Below, piece after piece: positions 10,170 to 19,634 of a DNA stretch of 64,000 bases. The stretch comes from Bacillota bacterium (GTDB taxonomy: Bacteria > Bacillota > Limnochordia > DTU080). How positions within the stretch are numbered: position 1 is the stretch's first letter; each line of letters starts with the position of its first letter. A program made the position numbers and the translations under genes. The stretch is from assembly GCA_012840225.1 (NCBI GenBank), contig DULU01000088.1:6895-70894 (forward strand), written 5' to 3'. A model generated the notes under the pieces. It searched no databases, was not told where the DNA came from, and saw only the letters and a program-made list of their open reading frames with translations.

Positions 10170-10199
10170 TAGCATAGCCGCAGCCGGTGTTGTCCATGC
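10170..10199 (-). promoter_or_regulatory. Putative sigmaF/sigmaG (forespore) promoter of yqhH2-yqhG2
   Basis: GCATG-N15-GGCTATGCTA against consensus GYATA-N15-GGNNANNNTR. Confidence 0.6.
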
Positions 10200-10297
10200 C
10201 TTCTGGGTGAGGAGGAATTAAATAGCAGACAGCCAATGTATACGCAGCTTAGCAAAATATACCAAGGTATACTATGCTTGTGGCTAAGGGGACCGGA

Positions 10298-12178
10298 ATG
10301 CACGACTTGATGAGAATCGCTCTTATCTGGCGCTTGTTGGCCGTAATGATATTGGTAAATTTAATGGTATGCTCGGTGGGCTCGCCGGCCGGCGCAACCG
10401 CAGCGCCAGTCGCAGCAACCGCAACCTCAGCAGTTGCTTCAGCTGCCACTACCACACCCCCCGAGCCCATACCCCAGCCCAAGGTGGTATATGGTTATGA
10501 AACCGGCCGCTATGGGGGAGAGTTGACCGGAGCGGTGCTCGGCGACCCCGGCACTTTCAATCCGGTGATCGCCGCCGACCTCACAGCCAATACCATCCTG
10601 GACTGGGTTTTTGACGGCCTGGTGGAAGTGAATGCTCTCACCGGAGAAGTGGAACCGGCTCTCGCCGCAAGCTGGGATATTTCCACCGACGGTCGCACCT
10701 GGACCTTCCATCTGCGGCGGGGAGTGGTATGGCACGATGATCAGCCCTTTACGGCCGCCGACGTGCTCTTCACTCTGGACGTGATCCATGACCACGGCAT
10801 TCCCACCCCCCCCCGCCAGCTGCTTTCGGTCAACAAGATGCCGGTGAAATATGAGGCCCCCGACGACTACACAATCGTTTTCCACTTGCCCGAACCCTAC
10901 GCTCCTTTCCTGCGCCGCCTGACTTTCAAAATTGTGCCCAGGCACCTCTTGGCGACCGCCTGGCGGGAGGGACGCTTCATGGAGATGTGGGGAGCGCACA
11001 CTTCAACTGCTGCCGTGATCGGTACCGGCCCTTTCCGCCTGGTGCGCTACGAGCCGGGTCAAAAGGTGGAACTCCTGCGTCACCCGCGTTACTGGAAAAC
11101 TGATGCCGCCGGGAACAGACTGCCTTATCTTACCAAATTCACCCTGCAGATCGTCGGCACGCTGAGTGAGGAGAGGGAGCTTTTCCAGCGTGGCTTGGTT
11201 GACTATTTCTCCATACGCGGCAGCGAACTCGACGACTTTATCTCCGGCCTGGATCCCCAGGCCTACCAGGTGCTCGCTGCCGGTCCCAGTCCAGCTTGGC
11301 TGATGATAGTCTTCAACCAAAACAAACGCTTCGTACCGGCGCCGCAATTGAGCTGGTTCACCAACCAGGCCTTTCGCCAGGCAGTGGCACATGCCGTGAA
11401 CAGGGAAGCGCTGATCGAAGCGGCCTGGAACGGCCGGGGCACGCCGCAGTGGAGCATGTTCAACGAGACTAATAAAGCATTTCACTGCGCGGAAGTGCGC
11501 CGCTATCCATATCAGCCGGAACTGGCTGGCCATCTGCTCCAAAGCGCCGGCTTCTATCATGGGGAAGACGGCCGGCTGTTTGATGCCGCCGGACGGGCAG
11601 TGAAATTTACCATCACCACCAATGCCGGCCATAAAGCCAAGCAGATATTGGGCAGTATATTGGTGGAGGATTTAAGGCGGCTGGGAATGGATGTGGATTT
11701 ACAACTGGTGGATTACAGAGAGATGACGGAAAAGCTGCTTTCCGGACGAAACTGGGACTGCCTGATCATCAGCCTGGCCGGCGGTGATCCTGAACCGGAC
11801 AGCACTGCCGACATCTGGACCTCAGGAGGCAGCATGCACTGGTGGAACCTCGGCCGCTCCCCGGCACAGGCCGCCTGGGAGAAGCGGCTTGATGAGCTGT
11901 TCCACCTGGGGCGAGCGGCGACGGAGCCGGCTGTGCGCAAGGAGTTATATGACGAAGCGCAGCGGATAGTGGCCGAAGAGTTGCCCGTCATCTTCACGGC
12001 CAACGAAAATATCTACACCTTGCTGCGGCAGGGCTGGCATAATGTGCGGCCGACGGCCTGGGGCGGTCCTCTGCACCAGTTGGAGGTAGTTTTCTACTCC
12101 GGCTCGTCACGTACCTCACTCCCATCACTCCCCGCAGTCCCCTCGCTCCCCTCACAATCCATACAATCCTCACAATAG
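10298..12178 (+). CDS. ABC transporter substrate-binding protein, family 5 (peptide/nickel), orphan
   Basis: PALAASWDISTDGRTWTFHLRRGVVWHDD family signature, IGTGPF, FRQAVAHAVNRE; N-terminal hydrophobic signal; RBS AAGGGG before ATG 10298. Confidence 0.92.
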   Translation: MHDLMRIALIWRLLAVMILVNLMVCSVGSPAGATAAPVAATATSAVASAATTTPPEPIPQPKVVYGYETGRYGGELTGAVLGDPGTFNPVIAADLTANTILDWVFDGLVEVNALTGEVEPALAASWDISTDGRTWTFHLRRGVVWHDDQPFTAADVLFTLDVIHDHGIPTPPRQLLSVNKMPVKYEAPDDYTIVFHLPEPYAPFLRRLTFKIVPRHLLATAWREGRFMEMWGAHTSTAAVIGTGPFRLVRYEPGQKVELLRHPRYWKTDAAGNRLPYLTKFTLQIVGTLSEERELFQRGLVDYFSIRGSELDDFISGLDPQAYQVLAAGPSPAWLMIVFNQNKRFVPAPQLSWFTNQAFRQAVAHAVNREALIEAAWNGRGTPQWSMFNETNKAFHCAEVRRYPYQPELAGHLLQSAGFYHGEDGRLFDAAGRAVKFTITTNAGHKAKQILGSILVEDLRRLGMDVDLQLVDYREMTEKLLSGRNWDCLIISLAGGDPEPDSTADIWTSGGSMHWWNLGRSPAQAAWEKRLDELFHLGRAATEPAVRKELYDEAQRIVAEELPVIFTANENIYTLLRQGWHNVRPTAWGGPLHQLEVVFYSGSSRTSLPSLPAVPSLPSQSIQSSQ

Positions 12179-12181
12179 GAC

Positions 12182-12210
12182 TTGGCGGCCGGGCAAATGA
12201 ATGTTATAAT
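12182..12210 (+). promoter_or_regulatory. sigmaA promoter upstream of tRNA-Ala
   Basis: TTGGCG-N17-TATAAT with extended TGn. Confidence 0.7.
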
Positions 12211-12260
12211 TCATGGTAACGTGCTTGGGCATGTGGAGCATGTGGATGGTATATGCATAT

Positions 12261-12336
<76 letters not shown>

Positions 12337-12428
12337 CTTTTTCCTCTCCTTGGTAAAAGCATCATTGGTAATTGCGTCATTTGTGTTCCCCAGCGCTTTT
12401 TCCAAACCGATTCGTGGTGGGTTGCTTG

Positions 12429-13898
12429 ATGCATGCAGAACCGGTTAAAGTGGGCGTGGTCTCCCTTGGCTGCGCCAAAAACCTCGTGGACTCCGAGGTT
12501 ATTTTAGGTTTATTGAAAGAAGACGGCTTTGAAATCACCGCCGATCCGGCAGAAGCCGAGGTCATTGTGGTCAACACCTGCACCTTTATCCAGAAAGCCT
12601 CCGAGGAAGCCATAGATACCCTGTTGCAGATGAGCGAATATAAAGATAAGGATAAAGGCCGCTGCCGTGCCCTGATCGTCGCCGGCTGCCTGAGCAACCG
12701 TTATGGTACCCAGCTTTTGGCCGAGATGCCGGAGCTGGACGGGGTGATGGGTACGGCGGACATCCGGCAGGTGGGGGAGGTCATCAGAGCCGCCCTGGCC
12801 GGAGAACGCCCGGTTTATCTCGGTGATCCTTCTTCTTTTATTTATGATCACACCATGCCGCGCCTCCTCTCCTCGGGCGGCTGGACGGCTTATATAAAAG
12901 TGGCCGAAGGCTGCAGCCACCGGTGTGCCTATTGCATCATCCCCTCCTTGCGCGGGGCCTACCGCAGCCGGCCGTCGGCATCCATTTTAGCCGAAGCGGA
13001 GCGGTTGCTAGCCGCCAGGGTCAAGGAGATCATCCTCATCGCCCAGGACACCTCCAGATACGGCACCGATCTCTATGGGGAAAGCCGTTTTGCCGATCTG
13101 CTGGCGCAACTGGCCGACCTCTGCGGGAAGGATGCCTGGCTGAGATGGCTATACGCCCACCCGGAAAGTATATCTGAGCGCATCGTCGAGGTGATGGCCG
13201 AGAAACCGGCTATCTGCCCATATATCGACCTGCCGTTGCAGCATGCCTCCCGCCGGGTGTTGCGCCTGATGGGACGGCGGGGCGATGGAGAGAGTTATGG
13301 GCGGCTGGTGGACAATTTCCGCCGGCTTTTGCCTGGAGTGGCGCTGCGCACCACATTTATAGTCGGCTTCCCCGGAGAAACGGAGGAAGACTTTCAGGAA
13401 TTATGCGCCTTTGTCAAAGAGCAACGTTTCAATCACGTCGGCGTCTTTACCTATTCACCTGAAGAAGGCACCTCGGCCGCCTCCCGGCCGGATCAGATCG
13501 ATCAGGAGGTAAAAGAGGACAGATACCGCCGTCTCATGCAAATACAGCGGGATATAGTCCGCCGGCATCACAGACAGCTGATCGGAAAACCATTGGAGTT
13601 ATTGGTGGAGAAACCGCTTGGCCGGGACCAAGGCCGGGGCCAGGGAATTTGGGCCGCCCGCAGCCGGTATCAAGCCCCCGACGTCGACGGCATCACCTAT
13701 CTGAAAGGCGAGGGGCTTCAACCCGGACAGATAGTAAAGGCGACCGTCACCGGCGCCCGGGTGTACGACCTCTATGCCGAAGCCGGAACAAGAGAGCCGG
13801 GAAAAGGGGAAAGGGAAGGGAAAGGAGAGGCAGAGAGGAAAGAGAAGAAGTTGGCGTCAGAGGAGCGAGGGTCTCTTAAGCAAGGGGTAAAAAGCTGA
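12429..13898 (+). CDS. rimO: Ribosomal protein S12 methylthiotransferase
   Basis: SLGCAKNLVDSE, NTCTFI, CSHRCAYC radical SAM motif, C-terminal TRAM (QAPDVDG); followed by pgsA. Confidence 0.95.
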   Translation: MHAEPVKVGVVSLGCAKNLVDSEVILGLLKEDGFEITADPAEAEVIVVNTCTFIQKASEEAIDTLLQMSEYKDKDKGRCRALIVAGCLSNRYGTQLLAEMPELDGVMGTADIRQVGEVIRAALAGERPVYLGDPSSFIYDHTMPRLLSSGGWTAYIKVAEGCSHRCAYCIIPSLRGAYRSRPSASILAEAERLLAARVKEIILIAQDTSRYGTDLYGESRFADLLAQLADLCGKDAWLRWLYAHPESISERIVEVMAEKPAICPYIDLPLQHASRRVLRLMGRRGDGESYGRLVDNFRRLLPGVALRTTFIVGFPGETEEDFQELCAFVKEQRFNHVGVFTYSPEEGTSAASRPDQIDQEVKEDRYRRLMQIQRDIVRRHHRQLIGKPLELLVEKPLGRDQGRGQGIWAARSRYQAPDVDGITYLKGEGLQPGQIVKATVTGARVYDLYAEAGTREPGKGEREGKGEAERKEKKLASEERGSLKQGVKS

Positions 13899-14416
13899 TG
13901 AATCTGGCGTCGACCCTGACCCTTATTCGCATATTTCTGGTACCGGTCTTCCTGACCCTGTTGTTGCAAAATGTACCATATGGCGCCTACTGGGCCACAG
14001 TGGTGTTTATATTGGCTGCCGTGACCGACGGCTTGGACGGCTATGCGGCACGGGCCCGCCGTGAAGTGACAAAATTCGGCCAGTTGATCGACCCGATTGC
14101 CGATAAGCTCCTGATTTCCTCAGCGATTGTGGCGCTGGTGGATTTGGGGCAAATGTCGGCTTGGGTAGCGGTGATCATCATCGGCAGGGAATTCGCCGTT
14201 TCCGGGTTGCGTCTCTTGGCGGCGAGCGAAGGAGCCATCATTCCTGCCGGCAAACTCGGCAAATTAAAAACGGTGAGCCAAGTGGTGGCCATCTCGGCGC
14301 TGTTGATAAATATGCCCGGCTCGTCATGGCTCGTCTTTATCGCCACCGTGCTGACGGTTTGGTCTGGTGTGGATTACTTTATAAACGCCCAGGGCTACTT
14401 CAAGGAAACCACTTAG
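13898..14416 (+). CDS. pgsA: CDP-diacylglycerol--glycerol-3-phosphate 3-phosphatidyltransferase
   Basis: DGLDGYAAR...G..IDPIADK CDP-alcohol phosphatidyltransferase motif. Confidence 0.95.
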   Translation: MNLASTLTLIRIFLVPVFLTLLLQNVPYGAYWATVVFILAAVTDGLDGYAARARREVTKFGQLIDPIADKLLISSAIVALVDLGQMSAWVAVIIIGREFAVSGLRLLAASEGAIIPAGKLGKLKTVSQVVAISALLINMPGSSWLVFIATVLTVWSGVDYFINAQGYFKETT

Positions 14417-14527
14417 CCAAGATAAAAATAGCCGGGGGCGAAAATGGGTGAGCCACTTTGCCGCCCGGCCGACCAAAAGGCGCAACAGATTACCTTCGCC
14501 ACGGTTTGTTTCACTCTTTAGTTCACA

Positions 14528-15259
14528 TTATGAGGCGGATATGATCTCGCCGCCGGCCACCGCCTCCTGTGCGGATTCTTCGTTGGCTTCCTCTCCGGAA
14601 CCGGGTGTCATCATTTCCATTTCTCTCTGCAGTTCGCTGAAGAAATTATCTTTGTTGCCGAAGGCGTAAACGATTTGGCCATACTTCAGGCCGGCTTCAC
14701 GGGCAATGGCCGCCAGGGAGAGGGTTTTGTTATTCTCCGCCATCCTCCGGGCCGCCTCCAGAGCCATCCGGCGGGCATCCTCCCGGGCCATCCGCCGTCC
14801 GGATGCGGCTTTACCCGCAACTAGAGCCTGTTGTCCGGCTTCCACTTCGGCTTTGGTCTCCGAGAGTTGGCGAAACGCCTCCAATGTATACTTGTCGATG
14901 CGCCTGATACCGGCTTCCAGGTTGCTCATCATGGTTTCCAATTTACCAAACTGCTCTTTCACGGTGGCCAGATCCTGGGTCAGGTCTTTCAGGCAGGTTG
15001 AGACCGCTTTCGTCACCGCTTCTTCAAGGCGCTCTCTATCAGCGCCGCCTTCCAACTCGCTCCTTCTGCCACCGATGTTCGCCAGCCAGTCCAAACAGTT
15101 TTGAAAGGCGGCGAAAGTACGCTGGCCCATCTCGGCATACAGCTCTTCGACCGGGTCGACATCCCCCTTGCCGCTGCGGGGCAATCCCTGCTGACGCAGA
15201 AAGGACTCCGCAGCCTGCTGCCGTTCCAAATTAGCGTAATACCGCTGTTTTTCGTTCAT
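14528..15259 (-). CDS. Hypothetical protein: central coiled coil plus C-terminal TetR-like helix-turn-helix
   Basis: Strong RBS GGAGGAGG before ATG 15259; ALEAARRM...LSLAAIAREAGLKYGQIVYAFGNKDNF resembles a TetR HTH. Confidence 0.75.
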   Translation of the reverse strand: MNEKQRYYANLERQQAAESFLRQQGLPRSGKGDVDPVEELYAEMGQRTFAAFQNCLDWLANIGGRRSELEGGADRERLEEAVTKAVSTCLKDLTQDLATVKEQFGKLETMMSNLEAGIRRIDKYTLEAFRQLSETKAEVEAGQQALVAGKAASGRRMAREDARRMALEAARRMAENNKTLSLAAIAREAGLKYGQIVYAFGNKDNFFSELQREMEMMTPGSGEEANEESAQEAVAGGEIISAS

Positions 15260-15300
15260 GTATGATGCCTCCTCCATTGCATATGAGCGAACTCTTATTA

Positions 15301-15331
15301 AATCTATGTTCAAGAACCCGCCCTTTTATGC
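15301..15331 (-). promoter_or_regulatory. Putative sigmaE-type promoter of the HTH gene
   Basis: GCATA-N18-CATAGATT. Confidence 0.5.
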
Positions 15332-15426
15332 ATAAATTGGTAGAGACACATAGAAAATCGCTATATTTTTAATGTACTTGGCGAGATGCTGCCAACACAG
15401 CCGGCCGGCAAGAGAGCCGGCAAGAG

Positions 15427-15520
15427 TCCCTCAACGTCCCATCAACATCCCATCAACATCCCATCAACATCCCATCAACTCAGCGTCCCATCAATGTCGT
15501 CAACATCTCATCTCATCAAC
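15427..15520. repeat. 11-bp tandem repeat (TCCCATCAACA)n, 3 perfect plus several degenerate copies
   Basis: Perfect copies at 15437, 15448 and 15459; variants at 15427, 15470 and 15486. Confidence 0.9.
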
Positions 15521-16043
15521 CTAGCTGCTTGGCGAGAAAATCTGCCGCCGTCTGACAGAGCGTTGTTTCCAGATCGCCCATGGGCTTATCTTTAGACAAC
15601 AGGAGCACGCAACCCACCACATCGCCTTCATGGATGATCGGCACCATGATCTGATGGGCATCTTCAAATCCCGGCACCGGCAGCTTGCGGTCGGTGGAAA
15701 AAGAGCTCCATGCCCGCCGTTCTTCCATCAAATCGGATAGCTCGTCGACCACCGGACGACCGATGAAATTCTTCTTGCCGACACCGGCCACGGCTATGTA
15801 GGTATCACGATCGGCAATCACCGCCACATGGCCCGTGGATTCGAAGAGCGAATCTGCGTACTCCTGGGCAAAGTCCTCCAGATCGGCAATGGGGGAATAC
15901 TTCTTTAAAATCACCTCTCCATCACGATCGGTAAAGATCTCCAGAGCGTCTCTTTCTCTAATGCGTAACGTGCGGCGGATCTCTTTCGGGATGACAATGC
16001 GGCCAAGATCATCAATCCGCCGGACTATACCGGTTGCTTTCAT
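15516..16043 (-). CDS. spoVT: Stage V sporulation protein T (AbrB-type DNA-binding domain + GAF)
   Basis: MKATGIVRRIDDLGRIVIPKEIRRTLRI...ILKKYSP; C-terminal AADFLAKQL. Confidence 0.93.
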   Translation of the reverse strand: MKATGIVRRIDDLGRIVIPKEIRRTLRIRERDALEIFTDRDGEVILKKYSPIADLEDFAQEYADSLFESTGHVAVIADRDTYIAVAGVGKKNFIGRPVVDELSDLMEERRAWSSFSTDRKLPVPGFEDAHQIMVPIIHEGDVVGCVLLLSKDKPMGDLETTLCQTAADFLAKQLG

Positions 16044-16065
16044 TAACGGATACCTCCTGCCATGT

Positions 16066-16095
16066 AAGATTTACTTTACATTAGCCAGTTATGCC
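16066..16095 (-). promoter_or_regulatory. Putative sigmaG promoter of spoVT
   Basis: GCATA-N18-AATCTTA upstream of RBS AGGAGG; spoVT is sigmaG-dependent in B. subtilis. Confidence 0.5.
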
Positions 16096-16185
16096 TTGAT
16101 GAGCAGGAAGTTTGTGCTATCGGACATATGGCAGGAAGGGCGCAGCAGGTGAAGAAAAACCTTCTTCATAAGGAGGTGGCAGCAT

Positions 16186-16899
16186 TTGACATACATGGAA
16201 ATTCTACCGGTTATACCGGCCTCGTCGGACACATCACGCACCCGGAAGGTATGCCGCGCCCTGATTCGCAATGCCCTTCCGGCAGCCCTGCCAGCAATTC
16301 TCCTCTGTAGTCTTTTCTTCATATCCTGGACGGCACCGGTATCCGCCGGGCCGGTGGTCACTGCGGAGGAAGCATTGACCGGAGCAGCCATTTTCTCTCT
16401 TTCGCTGAGCTATGATCAGGCTATATCATCCTCCTTGCAGAGTTGGCAAAATCCGGTGGTGCTGGGTAGCAGCCGGCTGTTACATAATGTCGGTTACTCC
16501 GCAGGGGTCGCCCTCACCCTGGGAGGGATATACCTGGCTGATGAAGAGACCGGTATAGATGCCATAAAATCGGTATTGCTGACTCAGGCGGCTGTTAATG
16601 TGGGTAAGGTATTGCTGGGGCGGGAACGTCCCGACACGGAGAACAGCCGGGGCCGCTTCACCGGTATGAGCTTTGACGATGCCTACCATTCCATGCCCAG
16701 CGGCCATACGGCCACGGCATTCTCCTTGGCTACAGTGCTGGCCCATCATGACCCCAAACGCTCTTGGCTCTATTATGGTTATGCCACAGTGATGGGTCTA
16801 TCCCGGGTGGTGCTGGCCAGGCATTGGCCGAGCGATGTAGTGGCCGGCGCCTTTATCGGCATTATCTCCGCCCGCCTTGTGCTAGATGCAGGGGATTGA
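16186..16899 (+). CDS. PAP2-family phosphatase
   Basis: K-x6-RP, PSGH and SRVVLARHWPSDV motifs. Confidence 0.9.
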   Translation: MTYMEILPVIPASSDTSRTRKVCRALIRNALPAALPAILLCSLFFISWTAPVSAGPVVTAEEALTGAAIFSLSLSYDQAISSSLQSWQNPVVLGSSRLLHNVGYSAGVALTLGGIYLADEETGIDAIKSVLLTQAAVNVGKVLLGRERPDTENSRGRFTGMSFDDAYHSMPSGHTATAFSLATVLAHHDPKRSWLYYGYATVMGLSRVVLARHWPSDVVAGAFIGIISARLVLDAGD

Positions 16900-17390
16900 G
16901 CAGGTGCTGGCAAGGGTTAGCGAGCAGGCCAGGGGGATACCTTCCGGAGACTCCGTGATTCAGCGCGGGGCTGCCCCCCTGGCAAAATAATACCCATATG
17001 CCTTGAACCGTCTCTGCTGAGCCGGGGTTTTGTTTTTTTTCCATATTTTTACCGCCTCCCATTCCAACAATATGACCGCCGGGCACCAGTCAGGGACCAA
17101 AAGCAGCTGGATAGAATCAAGCAGCAGATCTGCACCGAAAGGAATTAGTGATTTTCAGGCAGGAGGATCTAAGCCTGGATATGATGGGGCCGGCGGGGTG
17201 ACGTTTACCTGGCACCGGAACAGCACTAACAGAATTTGCCGGCAACTAAGGCCAAGCGTTCTAGCTGGCCTTATGTTATAATTGGTGACAGCCGGGGCTT
17301 TGCAGAGCCGGAGAACCCGGCTGAGAGCGACATTGCTAGACATTACTATTATAACTGCTATTACTTTTTACGATGGGAGTGTTTCAGGCC

Positions 17391-18020
17391 ATGGGAGATA
17401 ATAGAATACATATTATCCTCTTGGCCTTTGTCGTCACTTTGGCCTTGTCTTTCGGTGGGGGTAGATTGTATTACCAGATGAGAGTAGCCGACCCCCTGCT
17501 GCAGGAGATCCAGGGACAACCCGGAGTTGCTGAAGCGATGGTGGTATCTTCCGGGAAAACCAAGGATATCGTCGTCATCCCGGAGACAGGAGCCGATCTG
17601 ATAGAGGTCTACAACAATGTGGAAAAGCTGGGACAGACCAGACTGGGCTCGTCTTTTCGCGAGGTAAAAATCCAAGATAACCGTAGTGCGGAATTATCCG
17701 AAGTGCTATACCGCATTCACTTTCATGTATATGAAGGCATCGCTACCGGCATGTTCACCACTATGAAGGAAGAAATCGACACCGTGGTGGCCGGAGAATC
17801 CCTTACCGATTACAAAGTGGTCGTCACATTGGGGCGGGTCTTCATCCATTTGGAAAATGGCGAACACATGCTGTTCGAAGTGATCCCACGGCCAATGATC
17901 GTCGCCGGAGCGCCGGCAGCGGTAGCGACGGCGTCGGCGAAGGCGGCGGCAGTGGCACCGGCAGCGACACCATCGGCATCGTCAGCAGCGACACCGGCAA
18001 AGGTGGTGAGGTTGTGGTGA
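17391..18020 (+). CDS. Hypothetical membrane-anchored protein
   Basis: N-terminal TM helix, Ala-rich tail; overlaps the start of the FtsH-like gene. Confidence 0.75.
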   Translation: MGDNRIHIILLAFVVTLALSFGGGRLYYQMRVADPLLQEIQGQPGVAEAMVVSSGKTKDIVVIPETGADLIEVYNNVEKLGQTRLGSSFREVKIQDNRSAELSEVLYRIHFHVYEGIATGMFTTMKEEIDTVVAGESLTDYKVVVTLGRVFIHLENGEHMLFEVIPRPMIVAGAPAAVATASAKAAAVAPAATPSASSAATPAKVVRLW

Positions 18021-19522
18021 AAGAGATCGCCATCGGCAGTACGGCAGCTTTGTTGGTCTATGCGCTGGCCGGCGGCTATGATGTGACGCCCGTCATCTTT
18101 TTGGCCGGTATCCTCATTCTCATGCGCTTCCTCGTCTACGGCAAGGAGATGGGACGAAAATTTGAAGTCCTGGGCGGTCCGGAACAGAAAAATGCCCCTG
18201 GCCAGGTGACCTTCGCCGATATCGGTGGACAGGAAGAGGCGAAAAGGGAATTCAGGGAAGCCCTGGAACTGCTGCGGCGGCCTGAACAGGCGGCCAGGCT
18301 TGGCGTTCGTCCGCTGAAAGGTATATTGCTGGTCGGTCCGCCTGGGACGGGGAAGACCCTCATGGCCAAAGCGGCGGCCAGTTTCACGGATTCTTATTAT
18401 CTGGCCGCGTCCGGCAGCCAGTTTGTGGAAATGTATGCCGGAGTAGGTGCCCAAAGGGTGCGGAAGATTTTCCAGGAAGCCCGCAGCCTGGCGGGAAAAG
18501 CAGGAAAAAAAAGCGCCATCATCTTCATCGACGAGATCGAAGTGCTGGGCGGTAAACGCGGGAAACATACCAGCCACCTGGAGTACGACCAAACTCTGAA
18601 CGAACTGTTGGTCCAGATGGACGGCATAGGTTCTGATAAAGAAAAAGTGAAAGTGCTGGTGGTGGCCGCTACCAACAGGGCGGATCTCCTGGACGGGGCC
18701 CTGTTGCGTCCCGGCCGGTTCGACAGGATGGTGCGGGTCGATCTGCCGGATCAGGAGGGCAGACTGCATATTTTAAAAATTCATACCCGCAGGCGGCCGC
18801 TGCATGACGATGTGGATCTCACCACCTTGGCCAAGGAGACTTGCGGTTTTTCCGGAGCCCACCTGGAAGCAATGGTGAATGAGGCAGCCATCCTGGCCAT
18901 GCGGGAAAACCGGGAGACCATCACGGCCGCCGACTTTAAGGAAGCAATCGACAAGGTCCTGATGGGCGAAAAACTGGATCGGCGGCTGCGGCACCAGGAA
19001 CTGGAAAGAATTGCCTATCACGAGGTGGGCCATGCCCTCATCAGCGAATTGGTGAAGCCCGGCTCAGTATCGGTGGTGACCGTTACTCCCCGTGGGCAGA
19101 GCCTGGGTTATATCCGCCGCCATGAGGATAACGATCAATACCTCTATACGGAAGAGGATCTGATGGGGCAGATCAGAATATGCCTGGCCGGGGCGGTAGC
19201 GGAGAAATATTTCACCGGCAGCCGCAGCACCGGCGCCGCCGGCGACTACCGCCAGGCGGTGGACCTGGCCGAACGCCTCATCAAAGCCGGTCTTTCCGAT
19301 CTGGGGGCCATAAATCCGGACACTGTGCCGACCAAAAGCGTCCATGAAGAAACCCAGCGCCTCATCAAAGGTGAGGAAAAGACCGTAGTGTTGGAAATTG
19401 AGCGACACGCCGAGCAGTTGGCAAAAGCTGCCGCCGCCTTGTTGGCCGATGAGCGGATCAGCGGCAGCCGCTTCAGGGAACTGGTAGGCTTGCCCGAAAT
19501 AAAGCCCGAGTCGGCCGCCTGA
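18014..19522 (+). CDS. FtsH-like AAA+ ATPase/zinc metalloprotease (short paralog)
   Basis: GPPGTGKT, IFIDEIE, ATNR...ALLRPGRFDR, HEVGH zinc motif; two close TM helices without a large extracytoplasmic domain. Confidence 0.9.
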   Translation: MVKEIAIGSTAALLVYALAGGYDVTPVIFLAGILILMRFLVYGKEMGRKFEVLGGPEQKNAPGQVTFADIGGQEEAKREFREALELLRRPEQAARLGVRPLKGILLVGPPGTGKTLMAKAAASFTDSYYLAASGSQFVEMYAGVGAQRVRKIFQEARSLAGKAGKKSAIIFIDEIEVLGGKRGKHTSHLEYDQTLNELLVQMDGIGSDKEKVKVLVVAATNRADLLDGALLRPGRFDRMVRVDLPDQEGRLHILKIHTRRRPLHDDVDLTTLAKETCGFSGAHLEAMVNEAAILAMRENRETITAADFKEAIDKVLMGEKLDRRLRHQELERIAYHEVGHALISELVKPGSVSVVTVTPRGQSLGYIRRHEDNDQYLYTEEDLMGQIRICLAGAVAEKYFTGSRSTGAAGDYRQAVDLAERLIKAGLSDLGAINPDTVPTKSVHEETQRLIKGEEKTVVLEIERHAEQLAKAAAALLADERISGSRFRELVGLPEIKPESAA

Positions 19523-19634
19523 AAGAGACCATGCCGATTGATACGCTGCCGATGCAGGTAAACTTTATGGCAGCCACGAAAACCTACAGCCGGTCGTTTT
19601 GTTGTATAATAGGCTGGTTGGAGGTGTCGTTTTC

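Noticed and set aside
15427..15520. CRISPR array
   Set aside because: 11-bp head-to-tail units with no unique spacers and no cas genes
17086..17110. SRP RNA helix-8-like motif (GTCAGG...AGCAGC)
   Set aside because: Lacks the closing stem with a GNRA tetraloop and the long flanking helix
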